DNA of 64,000 nucleotides from an uncultured Phycisphaerales bacterium (GCA_963758525.1 CAVWVQ010000002.1:128001-192000); one strand, 5' to 3'. Positions 1 through 9,921 are shown, numbered from the stretch's first letter. Made by a program: numbers and translations. The notes: generated by a model not told the origin, from the letters alone.

Positions 1-70
1 ACTCGCCGCCAGCAGCCCGCTGTTCCAGATAAAGCTGCTTCAGATAGTTCTCGACCGTGATGGTTGCCAC
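1..70 (-). CDS. mntR: DtxR/MntR-family metal-dependent transcriptional repressor, N-terminus only (runs off window start)
   Basis: Not in the ORF track. The reverse strand from GTG at 70 reads MATITVENYLKQLYLEQRAAGGE, matching the DtxR/MntR N-terminal ENYLK motif; it is divergent from mntH. Confidence 0.75.
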   Translation of the reverse strand, partial: MATITVENYLKQLYLEQRAAGGE

Positions 71-118
71 GCGCGACGTCCTTTTTTGTCATCTAAAACA
101 TACGGACCAATCGGCCGA

Positions 119-147
119 TTGACAAATAGCTTAGTGGTCAATATTAT
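119..147 (+). promoter_or_regulatory. sigma70-type promoter for the mntH operon
   Basis: TTGACA (119-124), 17-bp spacer, TATTAT (142-147), 57 nt upstream of mntH. Confidence 0.75.
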
Positions 148-149
148 AG

Positions 150-165
150 TTTTGACTCATCAAAA
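150..165. promoter_or_regulatory. putative MntR/DtxR-family operator
   Basis: Palindrome TTTTGA-CTCA-TCAAAA just downstream of the -10 box; a degenerate copy (TTTTTGTCATCTAAAA, ~83-98) lies upstream of mntR. Confidence 0.65.
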
Positions 166-204
166 TGCGATAGTTGAGTATTCGAATGGAGCAGAAGGCA
201 TAGC

Positions 205-1632
205 GTGGACAGCCGGACCGCTGAAACCCTGAATTACGCAAACGCGCCCGCCGCAGCGAGCCGCGGCGGGCATCTTTCGCTGGAGGGAATGCACGGCTCG
301 GTGCAGACGCCCCACCAGAGCGCAGGCTTCTGGAAGCAATGGCGCGTCTATGTCGGGCCGGCGTTGCTGATCAGCATCGGTTACATGGACCCGGGCAACT
401 GGGGCACCGACCTGTCGGGCGGCGCGTCGTTCAAGTACGACCTGCTCTGGGTGGTCGCCGTTGCCAGCCTGATGGCGATCTTCCTGCAGGTGCTCTCCGC
501 CCGCCTGGGGGTTGTGACCGGCAGGGACCTGGCGCAGTGCTGCCGCGACTGGTATCCCAGATGGACGCGCTGGCCCAACTGGCTGCTCTGCGAACTGGCG
601 ATCGGCGCGTGCGATCTGGCCGAAGTGCTCGGCAGCGCCGTCGCCATCAATCTGCTCACGCATAATCACATCACCATCTTCTGGGCCGTCGTCATCACCG
701 CCGGAGACGTGCTGCTGCTGCTGGCGCTGCAGCGCTACGGCATGCGCGCGATCGAGTCGGTGGTCCTGGTACTGATTTCCACGATCGCGCTCTGCTACTT
801 CATTGAACTTTTCGTCATTCCGCAAACCAGCCCCAGCTTCCTGGAGATGGGACATGCGCTGATCACCCCCGGCTTTCGGCATGCCGGGATGCTGTACGTG
901 GCAATCGGGATCATCGGCGCGACGGTGATGCCGCACAATCTTTACCTGCACTCGGCGCTGGTGCAGAGCCGCAAGTTCCAGAAAGACGACGGGGCGATTC
1001 GCGTCGCCATCCGGTTCAATACCATCGACTCCAGCGTCGCCCTGACCATCGCGTTTTTTGTCAACGCCGCCATTCTCGTGCTCGCCGCCATGGTCTTCTA
1101 TGGCAAATCGAGCGTGACCGTCGCGGGCGGGCAGGTCGTCCCTTTCAATGATGACACGGACTGGATTCGCGTCGCATACCTGACGCTTGCCCCGCTGCTG
1201 GGCGTTGCCGCCGCCAGCCCGCTTTTCGCGATCGCGCTGCTGGCCAGCGGTCAGGCCAGCACCATTACCGGAACACTGGCCGGCCAGGTCGTGATGGAGG
1301 GCTTCATGCATTGGAAGCTCTCGCCATGGGTGCGCCGCATCATCACCCGCCTGCTGGCAATTATCCCCGCCATTCTCGTCATCGGCGTCCGAGGCGGCGG
1401 CAGCGTGAACGACCTGTTGAACTTGAGTCAGGTGGTCCTCGCCCTGCAGTTGCCATTGGCGATGTTCCCCCTGCTTCATTTCACCAGTTCAAGAAAGCGG
1501 ATGGGGCAATGGAAGAGCGGCTGGTTTCTTCTCATTGCCGGCTGGTCCAGCGCGATCCTGATCACCGCGCTGGACATCTACGGACTGCCCGACGCGTTCA
1601 AACAAGCGTGGCAGGTAATCCGCGGAGGATAA
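205..1632 (+). CDS. mntH: Nramp-family divalent metal (Mn2+) transporter
   Basis: GYMDPGNW and MPHNLYLHS motifs, GQVVMEGF signature, ~11 hydrophobic segments. Confidence 0.95.
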   Translation: MDSRTAETLNYANAPAAASRGGHLSLEGMHGSVQTPHQSAGFWKQWRVYVGPALLISIGYMDPGNWGTDLSGGASFKYDLLWVVAVASLMAIFLQVLSARLGVVTGRDLAQCCRDWYPRWTRWPNWLLCELAIGACDLAEVLGSAVAINLLTHNHITIFWAVVITAGDVLLLLALQRYGMRAIESVVLVLISTIALCYFIELFVIPQTSPSFLEMGHALITPGFRHAGMLYVAIGIIGATVMPHNLYLHSALVQSRKFQKDDGAIRVAIRFNTIDSSVALTIAFFVNAAILVLAAMVFYGKSSVTVAGGQVVPFNDDTDWIRVAYLTLAPLLGVAAASPLFAIALLASGQASTITGTLAGQVVMEGFMHWKLSPWVRRIITRLLAIIPAILVIGVRGGGSVNDLLNLSQVVLALQLPLAMFPLLHFTSSRKRMGQWKSGWFLLIAGWSSAILITALDIYGLPDAFKQAWQVIRGG

Positions 1633-1676
1633 TCGCAAAGGGTCTGCCGCCCATCGATCCGCGGTGAGGGAATCGC

Positions 1677-2102
1677 ATGTACGATGTCATTCTAATCACT
1701 CTCGACACCACTCCGACGGATCGGGCGATTATCGAGCACGTCAAGGCCCTGGCGGCGAGCATGAACAGCCGTGTGGTGCTGCTGCACGTCGCTGACGGCT
1801 GGGCGGCGCGCACCTTTGGACCCGATGCGGTGAGCCCGGAGATTGCGGAAGACACCGCTTATCTCAATAAAGTCCAAATGGATTTTGAATCGGTCGGGAT
1901 TGCGACGGACGCCGTACTTGCATACGGCGATCCAGTGAGGGAAATCGTGCGATGCGTGCACGAGAAAAAGTGCGATCTGCTTGCCATGGGCACGCACGGA
2001 CATCGTCTGATGGCCGATCTCTTTTTCGGCGTGACCGCCAGCCGGGTGCAGCACAGCATCGACGTTCCGGTGCTCTTAATCAGGGCCAGGCGGCCTGCCT
2101 GA
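1677..2102 (+). CDS. universal stress protein (USP)
   Basis: USP pattern (GDPVREI...DLLAMGTHGH...GVTASRV...PVLLI); commonly coupled to Nramp genes. Confidence 0.9.
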   Translation: MYDVILITLDTTPTDRAIIEHVKALAASMNSRVVLLHVADGWAARTFGPDAVSPEIAEDTAYLNKVQMDFESVGIATDAVLAYGDPVREIVRCVHEKKCDLLAMGTHGHRLMADLFFGVTASRVQHSIDVPVLLIRARRPA

Positions 2103-2106
2103 TCAG

Positions 2107-3024
2107 GTGAAACTGATGAGTTTCCCGCGGATGAAGATGGGGATCGCAATCATGCTCTGGAGCGCATCGGCGGCTGTCGCCAACGATCCGGCTGCCACCA
2201 GCCCCGCAGCGACCGGGCCCGAGGATAAGCGGCAATGCACGCTGTTCAACCCTGCGCCGTCAGATCAGTTGCGCGACATCGATACCGATCGTCCCGACAA
2301 GACAAATTCGCCCCACACGATCGACGCGGGCCATCTGCAGATCGAGTTCGGCCTGTTTGATTACCTCTACAATCGCGATCGCTATCACGGGGCCAACGCG
2401 CGAACCGACGCGCTCGGGCTGGCGCAGTTTAACATTCGCCTCGGCGTCCTGAACAACGTCGAGCTGAACGCGATCCTCAACCCGTATCAGTTCGAGCGCA
2501 ACACCGACAACACCGCCCGCCAGAGTTCACGTCAGACCACGTTGGGCGACACCATCATCGGCGGAAAGTTCAACTTCTGGGGCGACGATTCGGCCGACAA
2601 AGTCTGGGACACTGCGTTTGGAATTCAGCCGCAGTTCAAAATCGCTACGGCTCGCGACCCGAGCGGGAATGGCCATCCGGAACTGGTCGTCAACGTGCCC
2701 CTCGCGATCAACTTCCCGGCGGATTTTGTGCTGACCGTGCAAACCGCATCCGGCTGGGAGCGCAACAGCACCAACACCGGCTACGTCGCGAGCTGGGAAA
2801 ACTCCGCATCTCTCGATCACACGATCTTCGGAAAGCTCGACGGTTATCTCGAATACTGGTCAGCCGTCACGACGGAACGACACCAGGAAGCGGAGCAAAC
2901 TCTCGACTTCGGCGGGCTCTACACCCTCACCGACAGCCTGGTATTGGATATGGGGGTCAGCCTGGGCCTCAACCACGCGTCACCGTCCGTTGAGTGGACC
3001 GCGGGCGCGACCGTGCGGTTCTGA
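2107..3024 (+). CDS. outer-membrane beta-barrel transporter (Phenol_MetA_deg-like family)
   Basis: Signal peptide, DTDRPD...SPHTIDAGHLQIE motif, amphipathic beta strands, C-terminal aromatic residue (TVRF). Confidence 0.7.
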   Translation: MKLMSFPRMKMGIAIMLWSASAAVANDPAATSPAATGPEDKRQCTLFNPAPSDQLRDIDTDRPDKTNSPHTIDAGHLQIEFGLFDYLYNRDRYHGANARTDALGLAQFNIRLGVLNNVELNAILNPYQFERNTDNTARQSSRQTTLGDTIIGGKFNFWGDDSADKVWDTAFGIQPQFKIATARDPSGNGHPELVVNVPLAINFPADFVLTVQTASGWERNSTNTGYVASWENSASLDHTIFGKLDGYLEYWSAVTTERHQEAEQTLDFGGLYTLTDSLVLDMGVSLGLNHASPSVEWTAGATVRF

Positions 3025-3033
3025 GGGATCAAA

Positions 3034-3178
3034 TCAGGGTTCAGGGTTCAGGGTTCAGGGTTCAGGAAAATGCGGTGCGATCACTCGCGTCTCTAAGCGT
3101 TGCGGCGCATCATCCAGGCGATACCGCTCCTACCCCCTCCCTGAACCCTGAACCCTGAACCCTGACACCCTGAACCCT
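3034..3178. repeat. inverted heptamer tandem repeat (TCAGGGT)n ... (ACCCTGA)n
   Basis: About 4.7 copies at 3034-3066 and about 5 reverse-complement copies at 3140-3178, between convergent genes. Confidence 0.9.
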
Positions 3179-3186
3179 CACCGAGC

Positions 3187-4031
3187 TCACTTCGGAAAAT
3201 CCGCCCCGAGCGTCACGTCCCTCCACTCCGCAAAATCCTTCCGCATCGACTCGATTTTCTGTTGTGCGGTTTCAAACGCCATCGCCCCCAGAAGCAGCCG
3301 CAAGGGCGGGTTGGGCGACTCGACGGCCTTGAACATCGCCTCGGCGGCGCGAACTGGATCGCCGGGCTGCTTTCCGGAGTAGTCGGATGTCTGACGCCGG
3401 CGCGCGCCGGCGGTTTGAGCGTAGTCCGAGATCTCATGTTTCGTCATCTTCAGCGATCGCCCCGCCCAGTCCGTCCGGAAGGGCCCGGGCTCGACGATTA
3501 ACACCTTGATGCCCAGCGGCTCCAATTCCTTGCTCATCGCCTCGGACAAACCCTCGACCGCGAATTTCGTCGCGTTGTAGTAGCCGACCCCGGGGAACCC
3601 GACGAGGCCGCCGATCGATGAGATGTTGAGAATATGTCCGCGCCGCTGGCGGCGCATTACGGGGAGCACGGCCTTGGTCATCTCGACCAGGCCGAACACA
3701 TTTGTTTCGAAAATGGCGCGGACCTCGGCATCCTCCCCCTCTTCGATCGCGGCGAAATAGCCGTACCCGGCATTGTTCACCAGCACGTCAATCCGCCCGA
3801 ACTTCGCCTCGGCGTTCTTCACGCTCCCGGCCACCTCCTGCGGTTTGGTCACGTCCAGCGCAACCGCCAGGGCGCGGTCTTCATGACCAGCCACCAAGTC
3901 GGCCAGCTTCGATGGATCCGCGCGGTGGCAACGATGCGCAGCCCCCGGTCGAGCGCGGTCCGTGCGAGCTCTCTGCCGAAGCCCGTTGAACAGCCCGTGA
4001 TAAACCACACCGGCGAGTAATCTCGTGACAT
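3187..4031 (-). CDS. short-chain dehydrogenase/reductase (SDR); one frameshift near 3917
   Basis: MSRDYSPVWFITGCSTGFG (TGxxxGxG) in one frame joins NNAG and YNATK (YxxxK) in another; GGAG RBS before the ATG at 4031. Confidence 0.85.
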
Positions 4032-4225
4032 CGGTTGCTCCGTTGGTTGAAATTCGCATCCTACCGACCATCGCGCAAGCGGTGAACGCGCGGAATTTCC
4101 TGCGGCTTGCAATCGAACCATCCCCAGCGATAGTTGTGAATGCCGGTGACGCCTCTCTCGCTCCATCGCGTGAGCCAGGCCAATCACCGTCGGACCAGGG
4201 AATGACCAGCGCGTCAACGAGTCCT

Positions 4226-5584
4226 ATGCCGCCACATCTTCCTCTGATCCGGCGCACAATCCCGCACGTCTCCCACCCGCGGCAACAGTTGCTTTTCATT
4301 TCCGTTCTCGGGCTGACCTGTCTCTTCGGCTATCTGCTGATCTACCACCTGCATCACCAGGGCGCACAAAATGGTCATCGAGGCGACTTCCCGACCTTCT
4401 ATATGGCCGCGCAGCTCGCACGTGCTCATCAGGATATGTATCTGGCCAATCAGCATGGCAAGCAGCCGTATATTTACCCGCCGCTGATCGCCGTGCTCTA
4501 CATTCCACTCACTTATTTGCCGCTGCCGGTCGCGGCCCGGGTGATGCTCTTGCTTACCGCGGCGATGCTGCTTTCCAGCCTTTTGCTGAGCGCCAAAGAA
4601 ATGCTCTCCCGGCTCGCCGGAGGCTCAAGCGCCGCTGTCGTCGCACTGGTCGCGTTGATCGTGGCGGGGTTGAACGAAGACCAGCTCCGCGCGGTCTTCA
4701 CCATGCTGGAAACGGATGCGCTGATGCTGCTGCTGTTCACCCTCGCGCTGCGATGGCTCGATCGCGCGCCGATCCGCGCCGGTGTCGCACTGGCGCTCGC
4801 TTTCAACATCAAATACCTGAGCGTCGTCATGCTGCCGTACCTGTTGGTCCGCCGCCGCTGGCGCGCGTCCGCAACCATGATTGCCGGGAGCGTGGCGTTT
4901 GCTCTATTGCCCGCGCTCTATCTGGGTTGGCACGAGGACCTGCGCTGCCTGCGCGTCTCCACCGCAGGGTTGCTCGGCTGGATTGGCGGCGCGCCGCCGT
5001 CCGTCCACGCGGTCACTGTTTTCAAGATCACCGACGCGCTGAGCTTCTCCCTCACCAGCGGCGTTGCCCGCGTTCTGGCCGCGCATCACTTCTCGGGCGC
5101 CGAGTCCGCATTGGTCATCGGCTTCATCGCTCTTGCCTCCCTGGCGATCGCGAACATGATCTACCGTTCCGAGGGATTTTCACTTTGGCAAAGCCCGCCG
5201 GCGCAAGCCCAGGCGCGGCCCCCCTATCGCGCGCTAACGGGCATCGAATGGACCATGCTGATCGCCGCCACGTTGAGCTTCAGTCCCCAGACCAATGCGC
5301 GCCATTTGATTCTCAGCGTTCTGGTGAACACGCCGATCGTCGTGCTGCTGCTGCAGCCGTGCGGCTGGCGCAACCGCCGGCTGCTGCTCGCGGCGGCATT
5401 GATCATCTTCTTCAGCTTCGTGCTTCCCACCCGCGCTTTGACGAATCTGAGCGATCACTGCGGACTCCCCGGCGCCGGCCTGCTCATCGGCAGCCTTCTC
5501 TTTCTGGCGGCCGGCCTTCGCTTCGTGCGCATGCGCTCGCAAGTTCCTCCAGTTTCATCAGCGTGCGGCACGGTTGCGGCTTAA
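4226..5584 (+). CDS. glycosyltransferase family 87 / DUF2029-like membrane GT-C
   Basis: GDFPTFY...PYIYPPLIA motif, multiple TM helices, A-x-x-IK motif. Start uncertain (4202 or 4226). Confidence 0.75.
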   Translation: MPPHLPLIRRTIPHVSHPRQQLLFISVLGLTCLFGYLLIYHLHHQGAQNGHRGDFPTFYMAAQLARAHQDMYLANQHGKQPYIYPPLIAVLYIPLTYLPLPVAARVMLLLTAAMLLSSLLLSAKEMLSRLAGGSSAAVVALVALIVAGLNEDQLRAVFTMLETDALMLLLFTLALRWLDRAPIRAGVALALAFNIKYLSVVMLPYLLVRRRWRASATMIAGSVAFALLPALYLGWHEDLRCLRVSTAGLLGWIGGAPPSVHAVTVFKITDALSFSLTSGVARVLAAHHFSGAESALVIGFIALASLAIANMIYRSEGFSLWQSPPAQAQARPPYRALTGIEWTMLIAATLSFSPQTNARHLILSVLVNTPIVVLLLQPCGWRNRRLLLAAALIIFFSFVLPTRALTNLSDHCGLPGAGLLIGSLLFLAAGLRFVRMRSQVPPVSSACGTVAA

Positions 5585-5604
5585 AGTGCCGTTTCAGAAC
5601 CTGT

Positions 5605-5640
5605 TTAGCCGCGCCGCGAAGCGAAGCGCGTCCAATAGCG
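5605..5640. repeat. single copy of the dispersed repeat family also at 51840-51953
   Basis: TTAGCCGCGCCGCGAAGCGAAGCGCGTCCAATAGCG matches the reverse complement of ~51913-51948 with 4 mismatches in 36 bp. Confidence 0.75.
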
Positions 5641-5893
5641 CGTCATTGACGGATCGCGTCAACCTCGCAGAAATCGCCGCCGCCCGCGCTGCGCGGCACG
5701 GGCAAACAGATGACGAAGCGTGCGACAGGTTGCGAAACTGGTTCTCGGGCCAACGGGATGCATCGAGTGCGCACCGATTATCAACAGCCCCTGACTTTGT
5801 ACTATGTCCTCGAACGCACTGCGGATACCCTCTTGCAGCTGACTCAGCCGCTGTGCGGCGTGGTAATTGTACTGACGGCTTCACGGCGTCACG

Positions 5894-6061
5894 ATGGAAA
5901 TTGAAGCATTTGTATTCGTGGTGCTCGTCGTCGCGGCCGCGGTGATCGCGGTCGTCGCCGCGGGCACCAGGTCGACGAAACAGCAGCGGCTTTGCCCGGG
6001 TTGCGGCGCGCCGCACCCGGCCATCGCGCGTTTTTGCCGGCGCTGTGGGAAGACCCTTTGA
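5894..6061 (+). CDS. 55-aa membrane-anchored zinc-ribbon microprotein
   Basis: Not in the ORF track. MEIEAFVFVVLVVAAAVIAVVAAG-TRSTKQQRL-CPGC-GAPHPAIARF-CRRC-GKTL: a TM helix plus CxxC-x10-CxxC, directly upstream of the SPFH genes. Confidence 0.75.
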   Translation: MEIEAFVFVVLVVAAAVIAVVAAGTRSTKQQRLCPGCGAPHPAIARFCRRCGKTL

Positions 6062-6083
6062 TGCGCTACTCAGGGAGATGATG

Positions 6084-7724
6084 ATGGAATTGCATATGCC
6101 CAAGCCCCCCGCCGACGGGTCTGCCTCGCACCCTGGACGCTTTGCGCCGCCGGGACTGCTGCGGGTTGCGGTTCTCGCGCTGGTCTCATTTCTGGTCATT
6201 TATGCCGCGTATTTCTGGTTGATTCGGCGGGTGGTCGTGGGGCCCAATGAAGTGATGATTCTCATCAAGAAAGACGGCAGCCGGAGCTTGAGCGGAGATC
6301 AGGTCATCGTCCCGCGCGCACCCGACCAGCAGCAGGATGCCGCCGCCTATGAGGCGTGGGAGAAGGACTACGGCGACTGCAACGGCATCCTCGAACAGGT
6401 TTACCTGCCGGGGACGTATTTTGCCTTCAGCCCTGTCGATTACGAGCGGATCATCCAGCCGATCGGGAGCGCCGACGTTCCCGGCAATCAGGTCGGGGTG
6501 GTCGTGCGAAAGTTCGGCGCGCCGTTGAAGCCCGGTCAGGTGATGGCCGAGGAATCCAGCGGGCAGCGCGGGCCGCTGTCGACGCTGCTGTCGCCGGGAA
6601 AGTATTACCAATATGCCAACTCGTTTGCCTATGACATCAAGCTTGTCGATCCCGTCCAGATCAATCCGGGAAATCGCGGCGTCGTCACGCTGATGGCGGG
6701 GCAACCACCCAAGCATCCCGACGAGATGCTCGTTGCCGCGGGCGAGCGCGGAGTGCAGGCGGTGACCGAGCCGGAGGGGTTTGTCTACGCCAATCCGTTT
6801 CAGAAGCGGATCAAGCCGATCACCGTCCAATCGCAACGATTTGAAATGAGTCAGAAAGAGGGGGAAATCCGTTTTCCCTCGTCTGACAGCTTCGATATCA
6901 AGCTCGATGGCTTTGTGGAATGGTCGGTCGACCCGCAGCGGCTCCCTCTCACGTACGTGCAATATTCGGAGGGGGGCGGGCTCGTCGAATTCCTCGAAGC
7001 GAAGGTGATCCTTCCGTACGCGCGCAGCTTCTGCCGGCTCGTGGGAAGCCAGTACAAGGCCCGCGATTTCATCAGCGGCGACACCAAGCTGAAGTTTCAG
7101 CAGGAATTCGAATCGCGTCTGCGCGACGCGTGCGCGAAGCAGGGAATCATCGTGCTGCAGGCGCTGGTGCGCGACATCGTCCCGCCCGAAGAGATCAAGA
7201 GCCTGATCAACGAGCGAGAGATCGCCAAGGAGCAGATCAAGTCACTTGAGCAGCAGATCGAGGTGGCCAAAAGTCAGGCGGATCTGGTGACGCAGACCGA
7301 GACGGGAAACCAGAATCAGGAGATCGGAAACGCGAACACGGCGGTGGTCACGATCAACATGAAAGCCGAGCAGGAGCGTGACGTGGCCGTGACGCAGGCG
7401 CAGCAGGAATTGGCGGTGATGAAGCTGCACCTGGAGGCCTCGCAGAAAGAGGCCGACGCGTTGACCGCGCGCGGGCAGGCGGAGGCGTCGGTCATTCTGC
7501 TGCAGCGCCAGGCCGAGGCCGAGCCGCTCCGGCAGCAGGTCGCGGCCTTTGGCGACGGACAGGCGTTTGCCCAATACTTTTTCTATCAGAAGGTTGCCCC
7601 GTCGATCAAAACGATTCTCACCAGCACCGACGGCCCGTTTGCGGACATTTTCAAACAATTCAACACGTCATCCGGCGCTCGTGACAAGGTGAGCGGTGCA
7701 AAGGTGACCGGGGTGCAGCCATGA
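6084..7724 (+). CDS. SPFH/band-7 domain membrane protein A
   Basis: N-terminal TM, three repeated modules, SPFH core (FPSSDSFDIKLDGFVEW), C-terminal EA/QA-rich coiled coil; GGGAG RBS (start may be 6078, 6081 or 6084). Confidence 0.8.
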   Translation: MELHMPKPPADGSASHPGRFAPPGLLRVAVLALVSFLVIYAAYFWLIRRVVVGPNEVMILIKKDGSRSLSGDQVIVPRAPDQQQDAAAYEAWEKDYGDCNGILEQVYLPGTYFAFSPVDYERIIQPIGSADVPGNQVGVVVRKFGAPLKPGQVMAEESSGQRGPLSTLLSPGKYYQYANSFAYDIKLVDPVQINPGNRGVVTLMAGQPPKHPDEMLVAAGERGVQAVTEPEGFVYANPFQKRIKPITVQSQRFEMSQKEGEIRFPSSDSFDIKLDGFVEWSVDPQRLPLTYVQYSEGGGLVEFLEAKVILPYARSFCRLVGSQYKARDFISGDTKLKFQQEFESRLRDACAKQGIIVLQALVRDIVPPEEIKSLINEREIAKEQIKSLEQQIEVAKSQADLVTQTETGNQNQEIGNANTAVVTINMKAEQERDVAVTQAQQELAVMKLHLEASQKEADALTARGQAEASVILLQRQAEAEPLRQQVAAFGDGQAFAQYFFYQKVAPSIKTILTSTDGPFADIFKQFNTSSGARDKVSGAKVTGVQP

Positions 7725-9394
7725 AATCAATCTCAAATCTCATTCGCGCGGGAATCGTCTGCCTCGTCGCCCTCTGTCTTCTGTGGGAAGGGGTGAAATC
7801 GGGCGCGATGCGCGTGTATGTTCCGGAGGACAAGGCGCTGGTGGTCGTCAACAAATTCGGCGACGCGCTGCCGGGCGATCTGCTGCTGGTTCCCAAGGAC
7901 GACAATCATTACAAGGGCGTCGAGGAAGAGGTGCGCGGGCCGGGACGATATTTCCTGGATCCGGTGGAATACAACACCGAGCTTGTCGATCTTGTGAAAA
8001 TTCCCCCCGGGGATCCGGAGAAGTGGGACTGGGACGAGGCCGGCCATCTCAAGGATCCTGCCACCGCGCCGATGATCGGCCTGGTGACAATGAAGCAGGG
8101 GAAGACTTCGCCGGCCGGCCAGGAGGTCGTCGCGGCCGGATACAAGGGCATTCAGGAGGAGGTCCTCACGCCGGGAACTTACAAAATCAATCCGTATCTC
8201 GAGGAGGTAACGCTGCTGCCGGCGGCGGTCGTGCCGCCAGGATCGGTAGGCGTCGTGACGCGATTGATCGGCAGTTCGAGCGAGAACGTGGTCAGCGCGC
8301 CGATCGCGCCGGCGACAGCTCCAACGACCGCACCGTCGACACAACCAATCACCCCGCCGAGCCGGATCGTCACGGGCGAGCAACAGCGCGGAATCCTTCG
8401 CGACGTGCTGCAGCCCGGCATCTACTACATCAATCCGCGAATGATGAATGTGACCATCGTTCCCATCGGCTACGACGAGATTTCCCTCGATCATAATTTT
8501 GGGACTGCCGTCCACTTTTACACCCACGATGGCTACGAAGTGCAGGCGGACTTCACGGTCGTATGGGGAAGATCCGCAGCCGACGCGCCGGATATCATCG
8601 CCACCATCGGCGACACCGAGCAGATCGAGATGAATCTCATCGCCCCCGCGATGAAGGCCGCCTGTCAGAACGAGGGATCGAAATACACTGCGATGGAGCT
8701 GATCCAGGGGCTCACGCGATCGCAGTTTCAGGACGATCTGTCCGATGCGCTGGAAAAACAGGTCACGCCCCGTCACGTCTCGATCCTGCTGGCGCTGGTG
8801 CGCGAAATCAACATCAAGGACAACAGCACCGGCGACCAGAGCTCCGGCCTGCTCGCGACGATTCAGCGGGCGAATATCGAAACCGAAAGGCAGATTACCA
8901 ACGAGCAGAAAACCGCCACCGCATCCACCGAAGCCGAATTGCAGCAGGCATTGAAGCTCGTGGACGTGGCCCGCGAAACGGTGGCGGCCAATACCAAGGT
9001 GAAAGTCGCCAACATCATGGCCGACGGGCGCAAGGCTGCCGCGGAAATTGACGCCCAGCGCGACTTGCAAACCGCGGCAATCCAGTTGTCGGTCGCGCAG
9101 CTCGACGCCCAGCGCACTACGATTCTCGGCAAGGCGAACGCGGATGTCGCCCGGATGAAAAACGAGGCCGATGCCAAGGGCGCGTCCCTGATGGTGCAGG
9201 CGCTGGGAACGCCGCAGGCGTATAACCAGTACATCTTCGCGAAGAATTTCGCGCCCACTGACTTGCGTCTGATCTTCGCAGGCCCGGGCACATTCTGGAC
9301 AGACTTGAAGAGCTTCCAGGAAGTCGGCGCGGGAAAGCTGATTCAGCAGGCAACGCAGCCCGATCCTCCGGCTGCGGATCCCTCCGCAAAATAG
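7721..9394 (+). CDS. SPFH/band-7 domain membrane protein B
   Basis: Same architecture as protein A (FYTHDGYEVQADFTVVW core, coiled coil); ATGA overlap with the upstream gene. Confidence 0.8.
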   Translation: MKSISNLIRAGIVCLVALCLLWEGVKSGAMRVYVPEDKALVVVNKFGDALPGDLLLVPKDDNHYKGVEEEVRGPGRYFLDPVEYNTELVDLVKIPPGDPEKWDWDEAGHLKDPATAPMIGLVTMKQGKTSPAGQEVVAAGYKGIQEEVLTPGTYKINPYLEEVTLLPAAVVPPGSVGVVTRLIGSSSENVVSAPIAPATAPTTAPSTQPITPPSRIVTGEQQRGILRDVLQPGIYYINPRMMNVTIVPIGYDEISLDHNFGTAVHFYTHDGYEVQADFTVVWGRSAADAPDIIATIGDTEQIEMNLIAPAMKAACQNEGSKYTAMELIQGLTRSQFQDDLSDALEKQVTPRHVSILLALVREINIKDNSTGDQSSGLLATIQRANIETERQITNEQKTATASTEAELQQALKLVDVARETVAANTKVKVANIMADGRKAAAEIDAQRDLQTAAIQLSVAQLDAQRTTILGKANADVARMKNEADAKGASLMVQALGTPQAYNQYIFAKNFAPTDLRLIFAGPGTFWTDLKSFQEVGAGKLIQQATQPDPPAADPSAK

Positions 9395-9406
9395 GAGTAA
9401 CACCCG

Positions 9407-9808
9407 GTGCAGACACGCGAGCATGACGGAATCATCGATCGGGCCAGTTCTCATTCCGTCGCGCAGACAGTCGAGCGCGTATTGGCCATCCTTCGCGAGA
9501 AAGGCATCACTCTCTTCGCACAGATCGATCACAGCGGCGAAGCGCACAAAGCCGGCTTTGCGATGCGGCCGACGATGCTGCTTATCTTCGGCAATCCCAA
9601 GGGAGGCACCCCGCTGATGCTGGCTTCGCCGAGCAGTGCGATCGACTTGCCGCTGAAGCTTCTGGTGTGGGAGGATGCCGGGGGGCAAGTCTGGATTTCG
9701 TTCAACTCCTCCGACTACTTGCGCGATCGGCATCATCTGCCGAAGGAATTGCTGGGGAACATCGCGGTTGTGTCGGTGCTGGCGGAGCGGGCTGCGTCCG
9801 CTCTTTAG
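9407..9808 (+). CDS. DUF302 domain protein
   Basis: FAQIDHS...LLIFGNPKGGTPLM...IDLPLKLLVWED pattern; GGAG RBS. Confidence 0.9.
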   Translation: MQTREHDGIIDRASSHSVAQTVERVLAILREKGITLFAQIDHSGEAHKAGFAMRPTMLLIFGNPKGGTPLMLASPSSAIDLPLKLLVWEDAGGQVWISFNSSDYLRDRHHLPKELLGNIAVVSVLAERAASAL

Positions 9809-9845
9809 AGCGGTTGTGGTAAAAATATCCCTGAGGCCACCACGC

Positions 9846-9869
9846 AGCCGCGGATGTACATCCGCGGCT
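9846..9869. repeat. 24-bp perfect palindrome (REP-like), identical to 57231-57254
   Basis: AGCCGCGGATGTACATCCGCGGCT between convergent genes. Confidence 0.9.
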
Positions 9870-9921
9870 TAATGTATGCGGAGTCGCGGTTTGGACGAAG
9901 GACGCGGTAACCGCGCTTTGT

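Noticed and set aside
160..1479. Long antisense or alternative-frame ORFs (e.g. 160-1479, 7733-9736, 10337-11599, 18402-19526, 24331-25548, 50608-51963, 51990-53576)
   Set aside because: They are shadows of clearly recognisable genes on the opposite strand, as expected in high-GC DNA, and carry no motifs.
3034..3178. Telomere-like or CRISPR interpretation of the TTCAGGG repeats
   Set aside because: Short, internal, inverted and without spacers; no cas genes are present.
5695..5745. GCACGGGCAAAC resembling the start of a c-di-GMP-I riboswitch
   Set aside because: No GAAA-capped P2 stem and no GACGCAAA junction follow.
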